From Octopus bimaculoides (lineage: Eukaryota), in the NCBI RefSeq assembly GCF_001194135.2, contig NC_069002.1, positions 10,770,945 through 10,834,944 on the forward strand: a DNA stretch of 64,000 nt, read 5' to 3'. How positions within the stretch are numbered: position 1 is the stretch's first letter; the number at the start of each line of letters is the position of its first letter. The notes beneath the pieces were generated by a model. It made no database searches. It was not told where the DNA came from and worked only from the letters and a program-made list of their open reading frames with translations. Below are positions 40,135-53,351 of this stretch, piece after piece. The translations under genes were made by a program, and so were the position numbers.

Positions 40135-40396
40135 NNNNNNNNNNNNNNNNNNNNNNNNNNNNNNNNNNNNNNNNNNNNNNNNNNNNNNNNNNNNNNNNNN
40201 NNNNNNNNNNNNNNNNNNNNNNNNNNNNNNNNNNNNNNNNNNNNNNNNNNNNNNNNNNNNNNNNNNNNNNNNNNNNNNNNNNNNNNNNNNNNNNNNNNNN
40301 NNNNNNNNNNNNNNNNNNNNNNNNNNNNNNNNNNNNNNNNNNNNNNNNNNNNNNNNNNNNNNNNNNNNNNNNNNNNNNNNNNNNNNNNNNNNNNNN

Positions 40397-40428
<32 letters not shown>

Positions 40429-41084
40429 ACTGCATTTTATATTATTCAACAACTTCATGTATCTGCGTATATTGTGTAATCTAAAGCGTGTTGAGATGGA
40501 TGACAAGGAACGAAGGTGGGGATTAAAATTCTAATGTATTATATAGACAAATAAATCTGATGAAAATATAGTCATTAAGTATCAAATTTTTGTATATACT
40601 TCAGAAATAATCTGGCAACACAGATGATTTATAGATAAGTGATAGATAAGATACTGGGAAAATTGATAGATAGGTAAGTAGGTAAATGGAGAGACAGGCT
40701 AATAGTTATGAAGGCTGAAGGTTGGTAGTTTTATAGATCCGGCAGTAACGGTTCAGTTATGTTTTACTGAAGATCTCTAATGAGATGAATCCGGAGTTGT
40801 CAGCACATTATCATAGACCAGACACACTTCCTGCACTGCATTGTGCTACATTTTTCTTTTTTATTAATTTAAATTCTGTGGTTGTCTCCCCTGCTACCTT
40901 TCTTCTTTTGATCACATTAAATAATTTTTCACTTTTCATTCACATTATGGAAGTAATTTTTATCAATTTGAATTTTCTTTGTTCACAACAACATGTTAGC
41001 CTTCGATGGCTGCATTAAATATGTTAGTATTTTCTTATCTTCTTTATTGTACGTGTGTGTGTGTGTGTGCATGTATGTGAGAGA

Positions 41085-41137
<53 letters not shown>

Positions 41138-41423
41138 TAATAAACACAGTATATGTTTTTATGTGTTACTATTAGATTCCTGTGCTGAGAACAGGTCAAA
41201 CATTGTTTTATAACATGTCTAGTGTCCTAACACAATCATCAAACATTGCCCACATGGCATAACAAATTATAACAAGTTATAAAACAATGTTTAGCCTGTT
41301 CTCAGCACATGAAACTAATAGTAGCACATAGAAACATATTGATATTGTGTTTATTAAATAATATTTATCTTTCACCAGGTGAAATACTTTTTTTGATCTT
41401 ACATCATGGGACAATACACACAC

Positions 41424-41457
<34 letters not shown>

Positions 41458-41462
41458 CATAT

Positions 41463-41925
41463 ACACACAGGGATGGCCATAAGTTGCTTTACCCATTTCT
41501 GATAATAATAAAGACAAATGATAACAAACACATACTGTGTGATTTCGCTGTACCTCAGCTTGATACAGACGAAGACATCTGGATGCAGAATGGTGCTCCA
41601 TCTCATTATGGCAGGAATATGTGACTTATTATGGCAGAAATATCTGATTTCTGGGTGACACTTTTGAGATGTGGATTGGCAGGAGAGGAACCATCAAACG
41701 GCCTCTACTATCACTGGGCCTGAATCACTGTGATTACTCAATGTGGGGTATCCTGAAAGAATGTGTCTACTCACAAGATGTTTGGACAATACCTGAGTTG
41801 AGGGGAAAGAATTATTGCAGAATTTGTAGCCCTGGACAATGATAAGGACTTGTGTCATTGAATTGGAGAAGAATCTAGAGATGAATCCAGTTGTGTATCG
41901 ACTCTGAAGGACAACACTCTGAAGA
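41463..41925 (+). mobile_element. Degenerate Tc1/mariner (DD41D/rosa-like) remnant
   Basis: TIR-like start CAGGGATGGCCATAAG. Peptides WMQNGAPSHY and WIGRRGTIKRPLLSLGLNHCDYSMWGILKECVY match the QDGAPxH...WIGR.G...WPPRSPDLxPxDxxLWGxLKxxVY pattern. Confidence 0.7.
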
Positions 41926-41934
41926 TATGATATA

Positions 41935-42187
41935 AGGAGTGGCTGTGTGGTAAGTAACTTGCTTACCAATCATATGGTTCCAGGTTCAGTCTCACTGCGT
42001 GGCATCTTGGGCAAGTATCTTCTACTATAGCCTTGGGCTGACCAAAGCCTTGTGAGTGGATTTAGTAGATGGAAACTGAAAGAAGCCTCTCGTATATATA
42101 CATATATATGTGTGTATGTATGTGTGTTTGTCCACCCCAAACATTGCCTGACAACCACTGCTGGTGTGTTTACATCCCCATAACTTT
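41935..42187 (+). mobile_element. SINE family C copy (5' half plus internal microsatellite)
   Basis: AGGAGTGGCTGTGTGGTAAG...GGTTCAGTCTCACTGCGTGGC...GAAACTGAAAGAAGCC. Confidence 0.85.
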
Positions 42188-42194
42188 TGAGGTC

Positions 42195-42714
42195 AGTAAT
42201 GAGTCATGATGATGGATTTTCTGACAAAGGGCACCACAATTAATGGGGCATATTATACTTCTCTGCCACAGAAATTGCGGGATACTATCAAAGCAGAGAA
42301 GCATGGCATGCTGACCTAAGGAGTCCGCCTCTTCCAAGACAACACCCCAGTTCACAATGCACATGCTGCCCAGATGAAAGCACACTCCTGCAGCTATGAA
42401 ATCCTTCCTCATTCCCCTTACTCTCCAGACCTCAAACCTCTGACTTCCACCTCTTTCCAACCAGGAAGTTTTTTCTTTGAAGAGGAAGCACTTTTCAAAT
42501 GACGATGATCTTATTTCCGAGGTAAAGTCTCGGCTCCAGACGCAACCTACCGACTTCTACAGACGAGGTCTTCACAGCTGCATAAAGCGATGGTTGGAGT
42601 GTGTCACCATTAGTGGTGGCTTATGTAAAGAAGGGCTAATAATTATGCCAAGTTTCGTTTATCCCAATCCTTGGGAAGTGAATCAAGGGAAATCTTTAAT
42701 AAACACCCCTCATG
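42195..42714 (+). mobile_element. Degenerate mariner (DD34D) C-terminal remnant
   Basis: Peptides GMLT*GVRLFQDNTPVH, EILPHSPYSPDL(fs)SDFHLFP and KRKHFSNDDDLISEVKSRL...FYRRGLHSCIKRWLECV. It ends in a TIR-like AACACCCCTCAT before a gap. Confidence 0.85.
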
Positions 42715-42798
42715 NNNNNNNNNNNNNNNNNNNNNNNNNNNNNNATTTTATTATATGTCTTTATTTTCTCTAAGTTAATAATAAACTTGGACAAAATT

Positions 42799-42831
<33 letters not shown>

Positions 42832-43079
42832 AAGTAATGGACTTCTTTTAGTTTCTATCCACCAAATTCACTCACAAGGCTTTGGTTGGTCCAAGACTAT
42901 AGCAGAAGTGCCATGCATGGAGACTGAAGCTGGAGCCATGTGGCTAGGAGGCAAACATCTTGCCACACAACCACGATGGCATCTATGCTTATCAGAATTT
43001 TGACAAAAAGGAATTCTTTTCAGTGAGAGAGGGGAAGAGAGAGAGAGAGAAAGAAAGAAAGAGAGAAATTATTAGAATG

Positions 43080-44130
43080 CAAGAAAGTATTTATAGAAAA
43101 AAGGGGATTGGTGAACCAAAGAAAATGATTGGTGATCCATCAAAATTTGCAGAGAATTATAAATTTCCATGGCAGAGAAATTCTGTTTAGGAGCGTGTGT
43201 ATTAAATTGAAAGAAGACCACACAGAGGAAATTGAGAATGTGAAAAGAGAACCTGAAGGCAGGAACCAAAAGGAAGTGGAACAAAAGACTTTATAGTGAT
43301 TCTTCTTTTGTAGCAGAACTTCAAAACCAAGCAGACGACAACAATACATTTACAGTTGAGGACAAAATATTAAGATTCTTTTATCCTCATATTGTACGTA
43401 TATACATAAGAACAGATAAAAAAAAAAAAAAAGGTGCCAAAGAAAGATACTATGGCAAGTCTATGTTTTGTAGCAGAATTTGAAAGCCAAACAAAAGATA
43501 TGAGTGAGATGTGATTGGAAGATTCTGGAGAAAAAGTTTGGATTCTTTTTCTCTTTGTAAAAAAAGCTTGGAAACCAATTAGGTGATGCAAATAATCCCT
43601 TTTAGGAATGGAGAATCTTGAAGCAAATAAAGTCATGAATAATGGTTTCAAATTTTGGAGAGCCTTCAACATTTCAAAAACCGTTATCCTTGAGATTCAC
43701 CATTCCAAAAAACAGAATTTATTTAATAATCTCTTGAAGTTTATAAATTCTTTTATGCTGTCAATAACATAAAATTCTTGCTGATAAGAATAAAGTTTTT
43801 AAAATGGATAAAAAAATTCGAAGGATTACTTTGGTCCAATGTTATAATGCCTCTCATGTTTATAGAAGATGTAGGTTCAAGTTACACAGGTAGCCTTCAA
43901 CTTCTGCATATATATATATGTATGTATTTATGACCTTTTTGTGTACACAGTTTGTGATACACCACACCTTTCTTTTACTGGGCTCAAATCTCATTTGTGA
44001 ACCCATGGAAAATGAACCTCCACCATCTATTCTGTCTGTATGTCTGTGCACACCTTTCAAATGCAATGTATGCCAGAAGGTTTGCAAATCTAATGGAGCC
44101 CTCAAAAGACATTTTAAGATCCACAAAAAT
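43080..44130 (+). mobile_element. Highly degraded RTE-like RT region ending in a C2H2 finger
   Basis: Faint IYRKKG...ENYK and DWKILEKKFG motifs. The terminal CNVCQKVCKSNGALKRHFKIH (44062-44124) is of the kind found at RTE ORF ends. Confidence 0.4.
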
Positions 44131-44601
44131 CAGAACTTATTTGCAGTTCCCCCCTAACTTAGTGGTTCAGTAAAAGAGACTGGTAGAATAACTATTAGAC
44201 TTACAAAGAGTAAGTCTTGGGGTCGATTTGTTCGACTAAAGGCAGTGCTCCAGCATGGCTGCAGTCAAATGACTAAGACTAGTAAAAGAACAAAAGAATA
44301 TATATATTTGTATGTATATACATTTGTTTTAATTGTGTACTTTTTCATGCTTGCATGGGTCAGATGGAATTTGCTGAGGCAGATTTTCTATAAGTGGACG
44401 CTCTTCCCGTCATTAACCCTTGCTCATTTCCTATCAAGGTAATGATGATATGAACAGGGAAATAACAACTTGAAATATGTGAATATAAGTAACATTTTAT
44501 TATCATCAATTGGCAAACATTACAAAATGACTCAGGGACTCAGAATTTTGTGTATTAGCATTCAGGTACACACTCAAATAAATATATACATACATACATA
44601 T

Positions 44602-44643
<42 letters not shown>

Positions 44644-44966
44644 CAGGTATTCACACATATACATACTCATATACATGTATATATTCATATGTATATATGC
44701 ATACACATACATGCGTACATACTTACATATATTCACACATGCAGAACACAGATAATATATATATATACTGACAGCCAAGTGAAACATTTACTTGGAGGTA
44801 TGTTTAAGTCATTAACCATTCTTGAAGCTCTAACTCTGCACTTTCTACTTTATTAATTAGCGATGCAATAGATCTGGTTTCACTTGGCAATGTTTTCTGT
44901 AATGTCATCACCACCGTCATCATAATGATGATGATGAGAATGATGATAATCCTAATAATAGTAATG

Positions 44967-45012
<46 letters not shown>

Positions 45013-45808
45013 GCCTTTCTGCTATAGACAGAAGGCCTGAAATTTTGGGGGAAGGAGAAATTGATTACATCAATCCCCAGTGCATAACTGGTACTTCAAC
45101 CCCTGAAAGGATGAAGGATAAACCTGACCTTGATGACGAAATTTGAACTCAAAACATGAAGATGGGTGAAATGCCGCTAAGCATTTTGCCAGGTGTGCTA
45201 ACGATTCGGCCAAGGATGATTTCAAATTTTGGCATGAGGTCAGCAGTTTTGAGGGGAGGGGTAAGTCAATTAAATTGACCCCCCCCTCCCCCCGGTACTC
45301 AGCTGATACTCATTTTATCAACCACAAAAGGACGAAAGGTAAAGTCAACCTTGGTGGAATTTGAACTCAAAAATGTAAAAGATGGACAAAATACCGCTGA
45401 AGTATTTTGCTTCGTATGTTAATTATTCTACCAGCTCATCACCTTAACGATGATAATAATAATTATTGTTGTAGTGCACCTGAGCATTTTAGACAATAAG
45501 TTCATACAGTTATGTAATAATAATAATGACTTTATATTTTAGTACAAGGTCAACAATTTTGGGGAAGTGCTAAATCAATTGACTGACCTTTGTGTTCAAC
45601 TCTGAAAGGATAAAAGGTGAAGTTGACCTTGGTGGAATTTGAACTCAGAATGGGAAAATGGAGGAAATGCCACTAACAATTTTTTATCCACTGTGCTAAT
45701 GACTGTCAGCTCACAAACTTAATAATAATAATAATAATAGTAATGATTTCGGACTATCTATCTATATATATATATATATACATACACAAACACACAGATA
45801 TATGTATG

Positions 45809-45879
<71 letters not shown>

Positions 45880-46403
45880 GTATATATGTGTGCGTATAGA
45901 TATATATATATATAACCATACACACGTGTTTATATTCAGAAGTTTGTATATGAATGACTGCACACGGTGTGTTTTTACAAACTCCTCACTTATCATTCTT
46001 ATTTGTTATACAATACTTAACGCAAGACACATTAAGACGTGAGACAAACTTTCGTAGCAAGACGATACTACAGCATAAACATCCATCTGCACCAAACCAC
46101 ACCAAACCACACCACACCACACCGCACTGCTCCATATAGCACCACACCTCCCTTTGGGGCTGTGCATGTTGTTACCGTGTGTGTTTGATAGACAGTTAGA
46201 AATTTGAGAATTATCCCAAATATCTTCCTTGCTTTTCAATTTGAAACTAGAATTAAGCAATATGATGTGAAGCGTTATCTCTTAAAGATGTTGCAATTGA
46301 TTGTGTAATGCTTGCAGGCTCTGTTATAAACTGCAAGTTGTTTATGTCTTGACTGCATCCATCTGCAAATCTGCAACTTTTACTGATCATTAGAAAAGAT
46401 GTG

Positions 46404-46463
<60 letters not shown>

Positions 46464-46621
46464 NNNNNNNNNNNNNNNNNNNNNNNNNNNNNNNNNNNNN
46501 NNNNNNNNNNNNNNNNNNNNNNNNNNNNNNNNNNNNNNNNNNNNNNNNNNNNNNNNNNNNNNNNNNNNNNNNNNNNNNNNNNNNNNNNNNNNNNNNNNNN
46601 NNNNNNNNNNNNNNNNNNNNN

Positions 46622-46680
<59 letters not shown>

Positions 46681-46776
46681 GACAGTATATGTATTACATA
46701 TATATATGTCTATGTATTGAATTTATATATATGCACTTATGTTTCTATATATAAATGTAAATATATATATATGTTG

Positions 46777-46825
<49 letters not shown>

Positions 46826-48336
46826 TATATATATGTATATATATATAACGCCATGCATCCTTTTCCAAGTAAGTTTTATCTATCTATACAAATATATGTT
46901 TTTGGATATATACATAAATGTATATTCATACATATATAAATGCATACATATGCATGCATATATGTATATATCAATCTATATATGAGGATATATATACATA
47001 TATATATATACACACATCTACACACACACACATTATATATATACATACACACATCTACACACACACATTATATATATATACACACACATACATTGTACAT
47101 GTAATTATAGTCACTAGATAGTAATTTAATCTTCTTTCCCAGCTGTGTCTATATGAGCAATGAGCATTACAATTAAATCCATATGCACCTCAGTTCACCT
47201 AAGACTGCAGGGCGATGGTGCAAATGGGGATGTTTTTTTTTTTGTCTTTTCATTCATTCCCCAAATGACACCAAATACACGCTAATGACCCTGAAATCTT
47301 CCTCAGGTCTATACAACACAGACTTGTATGTACACATACACACATACATACATATACACACACACACACACGCATTTACATGAGTATTCACGCTAAAATA
47401 TTCATGGATGTAAATGTATGTGTGCGCAGATGTGGATGTGTGTGTATATGTTTAATATAACAAGTTTGAAATAAAATAAGAAAAAAACTATTCTCTAAAG
47501 TCATACGCTTAGCTAAGCCATCATTTGCAAGTGATTATGCTCTGATGGTTTTTACTAAGCTTTCTTTAATTGTCCTAGGTGCCTAGACAAAGAAATCCTC
47601 TTGATTCTTCTATGTTTGGCTGAATAATGATTGATGAATAATGGTTGATGAATAATGGTTGATGATTGATGAATACTGAATGATGAGTGATGAATAATGA
47701 ATGACGATTGGTGAATAATGATTGATGAATGATGGATAATGAATATTGAATGATGAATAATGGTGATGATGAATGATGAATGTGGCAAGAAATCTTGGAA
47801 TAAAACTGAATAACAACATACATACATACATAATCTACATACATACATATATGCGGAGTAGCTAAAACAGTGGGCAACTGATGAAGGGATTGTTCTTTAT
47901 GTTGTCTGTCTTGTTTTTCTATTTGTTCGCAAAAAAAAAAAAGTTTGTTTTCCATGTTCCTGTTTTTCATGTTGTTTACGTTTTTTCATGTCCTGCACCC
48001 ATATATGCATTTGTATATATATATATGTAAGTATGTACATGAATGTATGCATATATGCATATATATATATATATGTATATATATTATTTACTTCATTATA
48101 TGATTTGCCACGCATCCATTCCCAAGTAAGTTTTATCTATTAATCATCATCATCCTCATCATCGTTTAACGTCCGCTTTCCATGCTAGCATGGGTTGGAT
48201 GATTTGACTGAGAACTGGTGAACCAGGTGGCTACACCAGGATCCAGTCTATATATTTATATATATATATATACACATACACTACAAATACATTTGTATAT
48301 AATGCATTTATTATTTATACATGCATATTTTTTCAG

Positions 48337-48677
48337 TGGCATTCTGGGATGAAAATTGGTACATCAAAGGAGAATGTAGCACTAAACCATATATGGAAGA
48401 AGTAATTCTGTTGGAGATGATAGATCTTCATCCAAGTGTAAGGTGTTCTGCAATCTTTAAAGCTGCCAGCATTGGTATGCGGTACCTGGTCTCCGTTCCC
48501 CATGAAATTGGTGAAGATGTCAAATGTGTACCACATGGCTCTCATATGGCTACTTGTATTAAGTGTCTACCTGACAACATACTTGAGGCTTTACAGCGTA
48601 TTCTGGCTGACCCAAATGAAGATGTGAAGATATCTGCTGCACTCTCGTTGTTCTGTCTTCATCAAGGAAACGAAAAG
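48337..48677 (+). CDS. HEATR4: Internal coding exon (341 bp, phase 1 in, phase 0 out) of a HEAT-repeat protein, most likely a HEATR4 orthologue
   Basis: Acceptor ...attttttcAG at 48335-48336 and donor GTAAGA at 48678. The frame is open: AFWDENW...MIDLHPSVRCSAIFKAA...IKCLPDNILEALQRILADPNEDVKISAALSLFCLHQGNEK. Two HEAT-like motifs. As I recall human HEATR4 (LGDLHDDVRIKAITTCA...[28 protein letters not shown]), the two align colinearly; this was not run as a search. Confidence 0.75.
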
Positions 48678-48755
48678 GTAAGACACACAATGAGACTGAA
48701 CTTGTAAAAAGATGCTTTTACTAATTTTTAAAAATCTTCGTTGTATGTAATTAAA

Positions 48756-49208
48756 AGGGTAAAGGGTAAAGATCCCCTTCAGTCATGAATGACCATGGGA
48801 TTGAACCTAGAAAGTTCCCTTCTGAGGCGCAAGTTCAGGCAAGGTTGTTTATGGAAGACCAGCAGTCGCCCATGCATACCAGCCTCCCCTCTTCATACAT
48901 AGGGTAAAGAGCAAAGACCCCCCTTCAGTCATGGAAGACCACCTAGAAGGTTACCCTCTGAGGCACAAGTCTGGGCAAGATTGTTTATGAAGACAAGCAG
49001 TTGCCCATGCATACCGGCCTCCCCTCTCCATGCCACCAGTGTTATCTAAGGGAAAGGCAAAGCCCAATACAGCTTGGCACCAGTGATGTTGCAACTCATT
49101 TCTACAGCTGAGTGAACTGGACTAACGTGAAATAAACTGTCTTGCTCAAGAACACAACACACAGCCTGGTCCAGAAATCGAACTCACTATCTCATGATTG
49201 TGAGCCCT
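48756..49208 (-). mobile_element. SINE family F copy, ~80 bp downstream of the exon donor
   Basis: Colinear with 4970-5469, including the duplicated tail module. Confidence 0.85.
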
Positions 49209-49224
49209 ACATCCATGCATCTTC

Positions 49225-49460
49225 TCTACCAACTGCTCCTGAGATGATTGTGAGGGCAGCGTCTTCAGATTGTCCCTCCATGGGGGTCCTATCAGAAGTA
49301 GCTATCGTTACCCTTTCCCGATGGATACCCAAGCGTGACTAACTGAAACTATGGCTGTTGTCTACCTATCTCATTCTTGGTCTAACACCAGGTCTCCTGC
49401 TGGTTGGATCACCTTGAAGAATCCTTGCAATTTTTTCTTGTGACATTCTAATCACGTGTC
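49225..49460 (-). mobile_element. RTE (Expander/Rex3-like) 3' fragment
   Basis: Peptide GHVIRMSQEKIARILQGDPTSRRPGVRPRMR*VDN...SRLGI...SDRTPWRDNL. Confidence 0.65.
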
Positions 49461-49494
49461 CATAGTGAGCTATGGCTTTTCAATACAGAGAAAC

Positions 49495-49722
49495 AGGGGC
49501 GAGCTGGCAGAAACATTAGCACGCTGGGCGAAATGCTTAGCGGTATTTTGTCTGCTGCTACGTTCTGAGTTCAAATTCCGCTGAGGTCGACTTTGCCTTT
49601 CATCCTTTCGGGGTCGATAAATTAAGTACCAGTTACGCACTGGGGTCGATATAATCGACTTAATTCGTTTGTCTGTCCTTGTTTTTCCCCTCTGTGTATA
49701 GCCCCTTGTGGGCAATAAAGAA
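49495..49722 (+). mobile_element. SINE family D (near-consensus copy)
   Basis: GGCGAGCTGGCAGAAACATTAGC...GTTCTGAGTTCAAATTCCGC...GGTCGATAAATTAAGTACCAG. Further copies lie at approximately 10880-11090(-), 18473-18685, 19785-20005, 20020-20180, 22600-22845, 26930-27135, 28305-28525, 34940-35158, 38430-38590, 45012-45205(-), 45225-45445(-), 45550-45720(-), 51735-51930, 57595-57742(-) and 63545-63680. Confidence 0.85.
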
Positions 49723-51089
49723 ATAAGAAACAGGGGCTGATTTGGATAGACACCCTGATCTCCAAGCCATGCACCCTGACAAGTAATGTCACCCCAACAA
49801 TCCTTTAAAGGATCACCATTTGAAGTACTAAACACAATCATCCTCTTTTAGTTATTACCCAACATTCATGAATATATGTAATGATAGACAACCTCTCCAG
49901 CCTCCCGTTTCCCATCACTCACGAATATGGCCCCAAAATAGTTACCATGCATTATTGCTATGTGATTTGTCGAACATTTGAAGTTTCATCATTTCTTATT
50001 TCTGTGAAACTTATTGAATATTTTAAATGTAATTTTGTTAGGAAACCGATAAAGCGTTTGAATTTTTTTGAGCATGTTTTGTTGCTATAGAACTTTCTTC
50101 TGTGTATTTACTGTCTTTTAAATTTTATTTGGCATTTTATGTAGCATAGCAAATTGTAAAAAATTTTGAAACTGGTGTGTTAATCTTAGAAATTTCCCCA
50201 AAAACCTCCCAAAAAACTAGAATTCGTTTTAAGACGCAGATGCATTTTCAGCGCCAAAATCATGTATTATCTATCTATCTTTCCACATGCACATATGACA
50301 TTTATGTATATATCTGTATGTATGTATATGTGTATGTATGTATGTATATACATATATATATATATACATATAGATATAAATATACATATGCATTACATTT
50401 ATTTAAGAAAGATACCAGAATACATTTACTTATGAAAAAATACAAACAAACAAAAAAGATACTTAAAATTGTATTGCTATAGCACTATTGGACAATACAG
50501 GTCCCATCAGAAAGACTGCTTTTAAAATTAAGTTTAAGATATATTAAAGTTTAAAAGTATATTCTCAAATTAATGTCTTTCAATACTAAATGCTTAAAAA
50601 TATGCTTACTGGTGCATTTAGTTGCATTCACACACAGTCCAAGAAGTGGATAAATGAATGAGATCGCTGCAAGCTCAACTGATGCTAACTAATAATCTTT
50701 CATGTTTTATTTTCTTTAATCATATCTTGTTTTAGTGCTTGAATGTTTTTGTCTACTTTAAAAATTATTTCTCTACAAATATGTGGGTTTGCACATGCGT
50801 ACTGTGAACACATGATTATATATATATATATTATATACACACACACATACATATTTGTGTTTGTAAATTATGAAGAGAAGGGAGTAAGAGACATTATACA
50901 ATATGTAGAAAGGTGCATTTAGAATTTTAGAGGTTTACACATATGTACAAACGTGCTTTTCTCATGCCCCATGTAACTTTTTCTTTTTTTGTAACCTCTA
51001 GTAAGCGTCTCATATTCACTGCATCTCTTAAAGCCCTTGTGAGTAATTAAGAAATTACCATTATTATTTCATATATGCACATCAGATTA

Positions 51090-51290
51090 GACAGCAGGGA
51101 AAAATTCCTAGCACTGGGCTACCACAAGTAACTTTAGACGCCAAGAACCTTCATAAATATCTTAGCTGCCCTTAATTATAATTTCTGGAGCTGCACTAAG
51201 CTAGGTTTTATGCCAGTTTCCTCTATCCATCTGTTCAAATCTTCAGGGTTAGTTCCTAATGCACCTATAACTACATTGATACATTCATTA
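51090..51290 (-). mobile_element. R4-type LINE extreme 3' fragment
   Basis: Peptide VVIGALGTNPEDLNRWIEETGIKPSLVQLQKL*LRAAKIFMKVLGV*. Confidence 0.6.
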
Positions 51291-51339
51291 TAATTACAGA
51301 GATACAATTATTATAATTCTTTTTAACTATGGTTTTATT

Positions 51340-51670
51340 GGAACTCCTGGAGTCTTGCGAGCATAGTAAGCTTGCTGCCTGCAGCCGACAGTACCATGCT
51401 ATCTGTTCTTTTCAACTATTTAATACTTTCCTGATTATTTTGGCCATGCCAAAGAGGCAATCTTTTTGCAACAGTTCTACTGGGCACTCTATTCCAACTT
51501 CCTTGATGCTTTCTGATACTGTCTCCAGGGACCCAACAATAATTGCCACTATCTTCATCCTCTTCATTTCCCATAACCAGGCTAATACATACTTTAGAGC
51601 ATTGTATATATATATTGACATTTTCGACTTCTGTCTTGACTATTTGTGGGCAGCAGATATCTTAAATTTG
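51340..51670 (-). mobile_element. R4-type LINE 3' fragment
   Basis: Peptide DICCP...KY..LAW...MKRMKIVAIIVGSLETVSESIKEVGIECPVELLQKDCLFGMAKIIRKVLNS*. Confidence 0.75.
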
Positions 51671-51934
51671 CAACAATACATCCTTGTGCAGGAAGACATG
51701 CAAATTCACAAGGTGGTAAGCAGGAAGAATCCATTGTATTTTGAACACAATGCTTTGTGGTATTTCTCTTGCTTTTCCAATGTTCTGGGTTCAAATGTCA
51801 TCAAGGTTGACTTTGCTTTCATCTTTCTGAGATCGATAAAATAAAGTACCAGTCACGTACTAGGGTGATGCAATCGACTACTCCATTCTCCTCAAAACTG
51901 CTGGTTTTGTGCCAAAAATTCGAGACTGTTATTG

Positions 51935-51966
<32 letters not shown>

Positions 51967-53351
51967 GTTATTATGAAAAATGCTGTTCTGTAAAAATCTT
52001 CATCTTTGAATATAATATTTGTATAATATTCTTGGCAATATATTCGTTGCTTCCTTCCAAATGTTGTCAAACAGAAATCATATAAATTTATTTGCTGAAA
52101 TATGTGGCAAAAAGAAAAGGAAAACAGGCAAATATAGTCTTTAGACATTTTGGTAGAGAAAAATATATGTAGCCACAAACATCTGCTGAATGTTGTTGGA
52201 CTAACTACACATATCTGTAAAGTTAGATACACACATACATATATGCTTACACACACACATGTACATATATGCTTATGTGTATGTATATATATGTATGTAT
52301 CTGTGTATCTATGTATATATATATATACACATATATATTTATTTTGTAATATACATACGTTTATGTGCATGTTAGTGAGCATGAATATATATATATGTGT
52401 GTATATATTTATATACATACATACATACATACATGAGTAATTTAACAAATTAAAGAAAATAGTATTCAACACATTTGGTTGGAGTTATATGTATTTAATA
52501 ACAGCTTGACTCAGTTCCATGTTATTTAGGTGTAGAAGACGCCCACATCATTAGATGTTCAGTTCAAGCTCTTGCAGATATGTATTCGAATTATGCAACA
52601 AAAGCAGCTTTATAGTAAAAACTTTATCAATAAAACATACTTAATGTATGTGTGTTGCAGAAAAGCCTGAAGCTGCAGTTTTCCTCCAGGGAAAAATTCT
52701 GTTATAAGCATATTCTATGAAAAAACACAGAATGCTTCAGAGCTAGGAATCAACTGAAAAGTGGCCATGAGAGTGACTGACAACATTACACTGTTGTAGC
52801 AGCTTCTCACTGTTATATACTCATCTATCTATCGGTCTGTCTGTCTGTCTATCTTTCTATCAGTCTACCTGTCTATCTTCCTATCTGTCTGTCTGTCTGT
52901 AATGAGCTGGGTTATGAATGAGGTCATTGGAATGTAGGACATCTGTTTCTGCATCGTTAGATTTCATCAGTTACTGGCACTGTTGTTCTTATACGTAAAA
53001 AAAAACAAATAAATTTGCTGGTGTGTCCAAAGCTTTGCCAAGCTGATAATTATTAATGACACAGTAAGCAGTGATGCTTAAAATAAGCTGTGTACATTTA
53101 TATTTAACACGCTTGGGTACACTCAAATGTGGTAAGACCCTCACAGTGGTAACTGTCTTGGAAGTGACATTCTTTTTATGCATGATGTAGGCAAAGATAC
53201 ACCAAGTTGAGCTATAAAAGATGTCATTTGACTGTAGGGCATGTGTTTCTGCATTGTTATGCTTCATCAACTACTGATACCAAATCCATTATTCATAACC
53301 CTCTAAGAACTGCTGTTCTTACATGTAAACAGTAAATGATAAATTGTGTTA

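Noticed and set aside
924-47064. Dozens of YI/CV/HT-repeat ORFs and X-filled long ORFs in the track
   Set aside because: They are translations of (TA)n/(CA)n microsatellites and N-gaps, with no coding signal.
47855-48010. CTGATGAAGGGAT motif in a repeat related in layout to 110-245 (minus; CTGACGAAGGAT)
   Set aside because: No GAAA follows a closing stem II. These are possibly PLE-related ends, but a ribozyme cannot be supported.
51329-51844. 171-aa plus ORF containing YLWAAD, a candidate next HEATR4 exon
   Set aside because: It is antisense to an R4-type endonuclease fragment and runs into a SINE.
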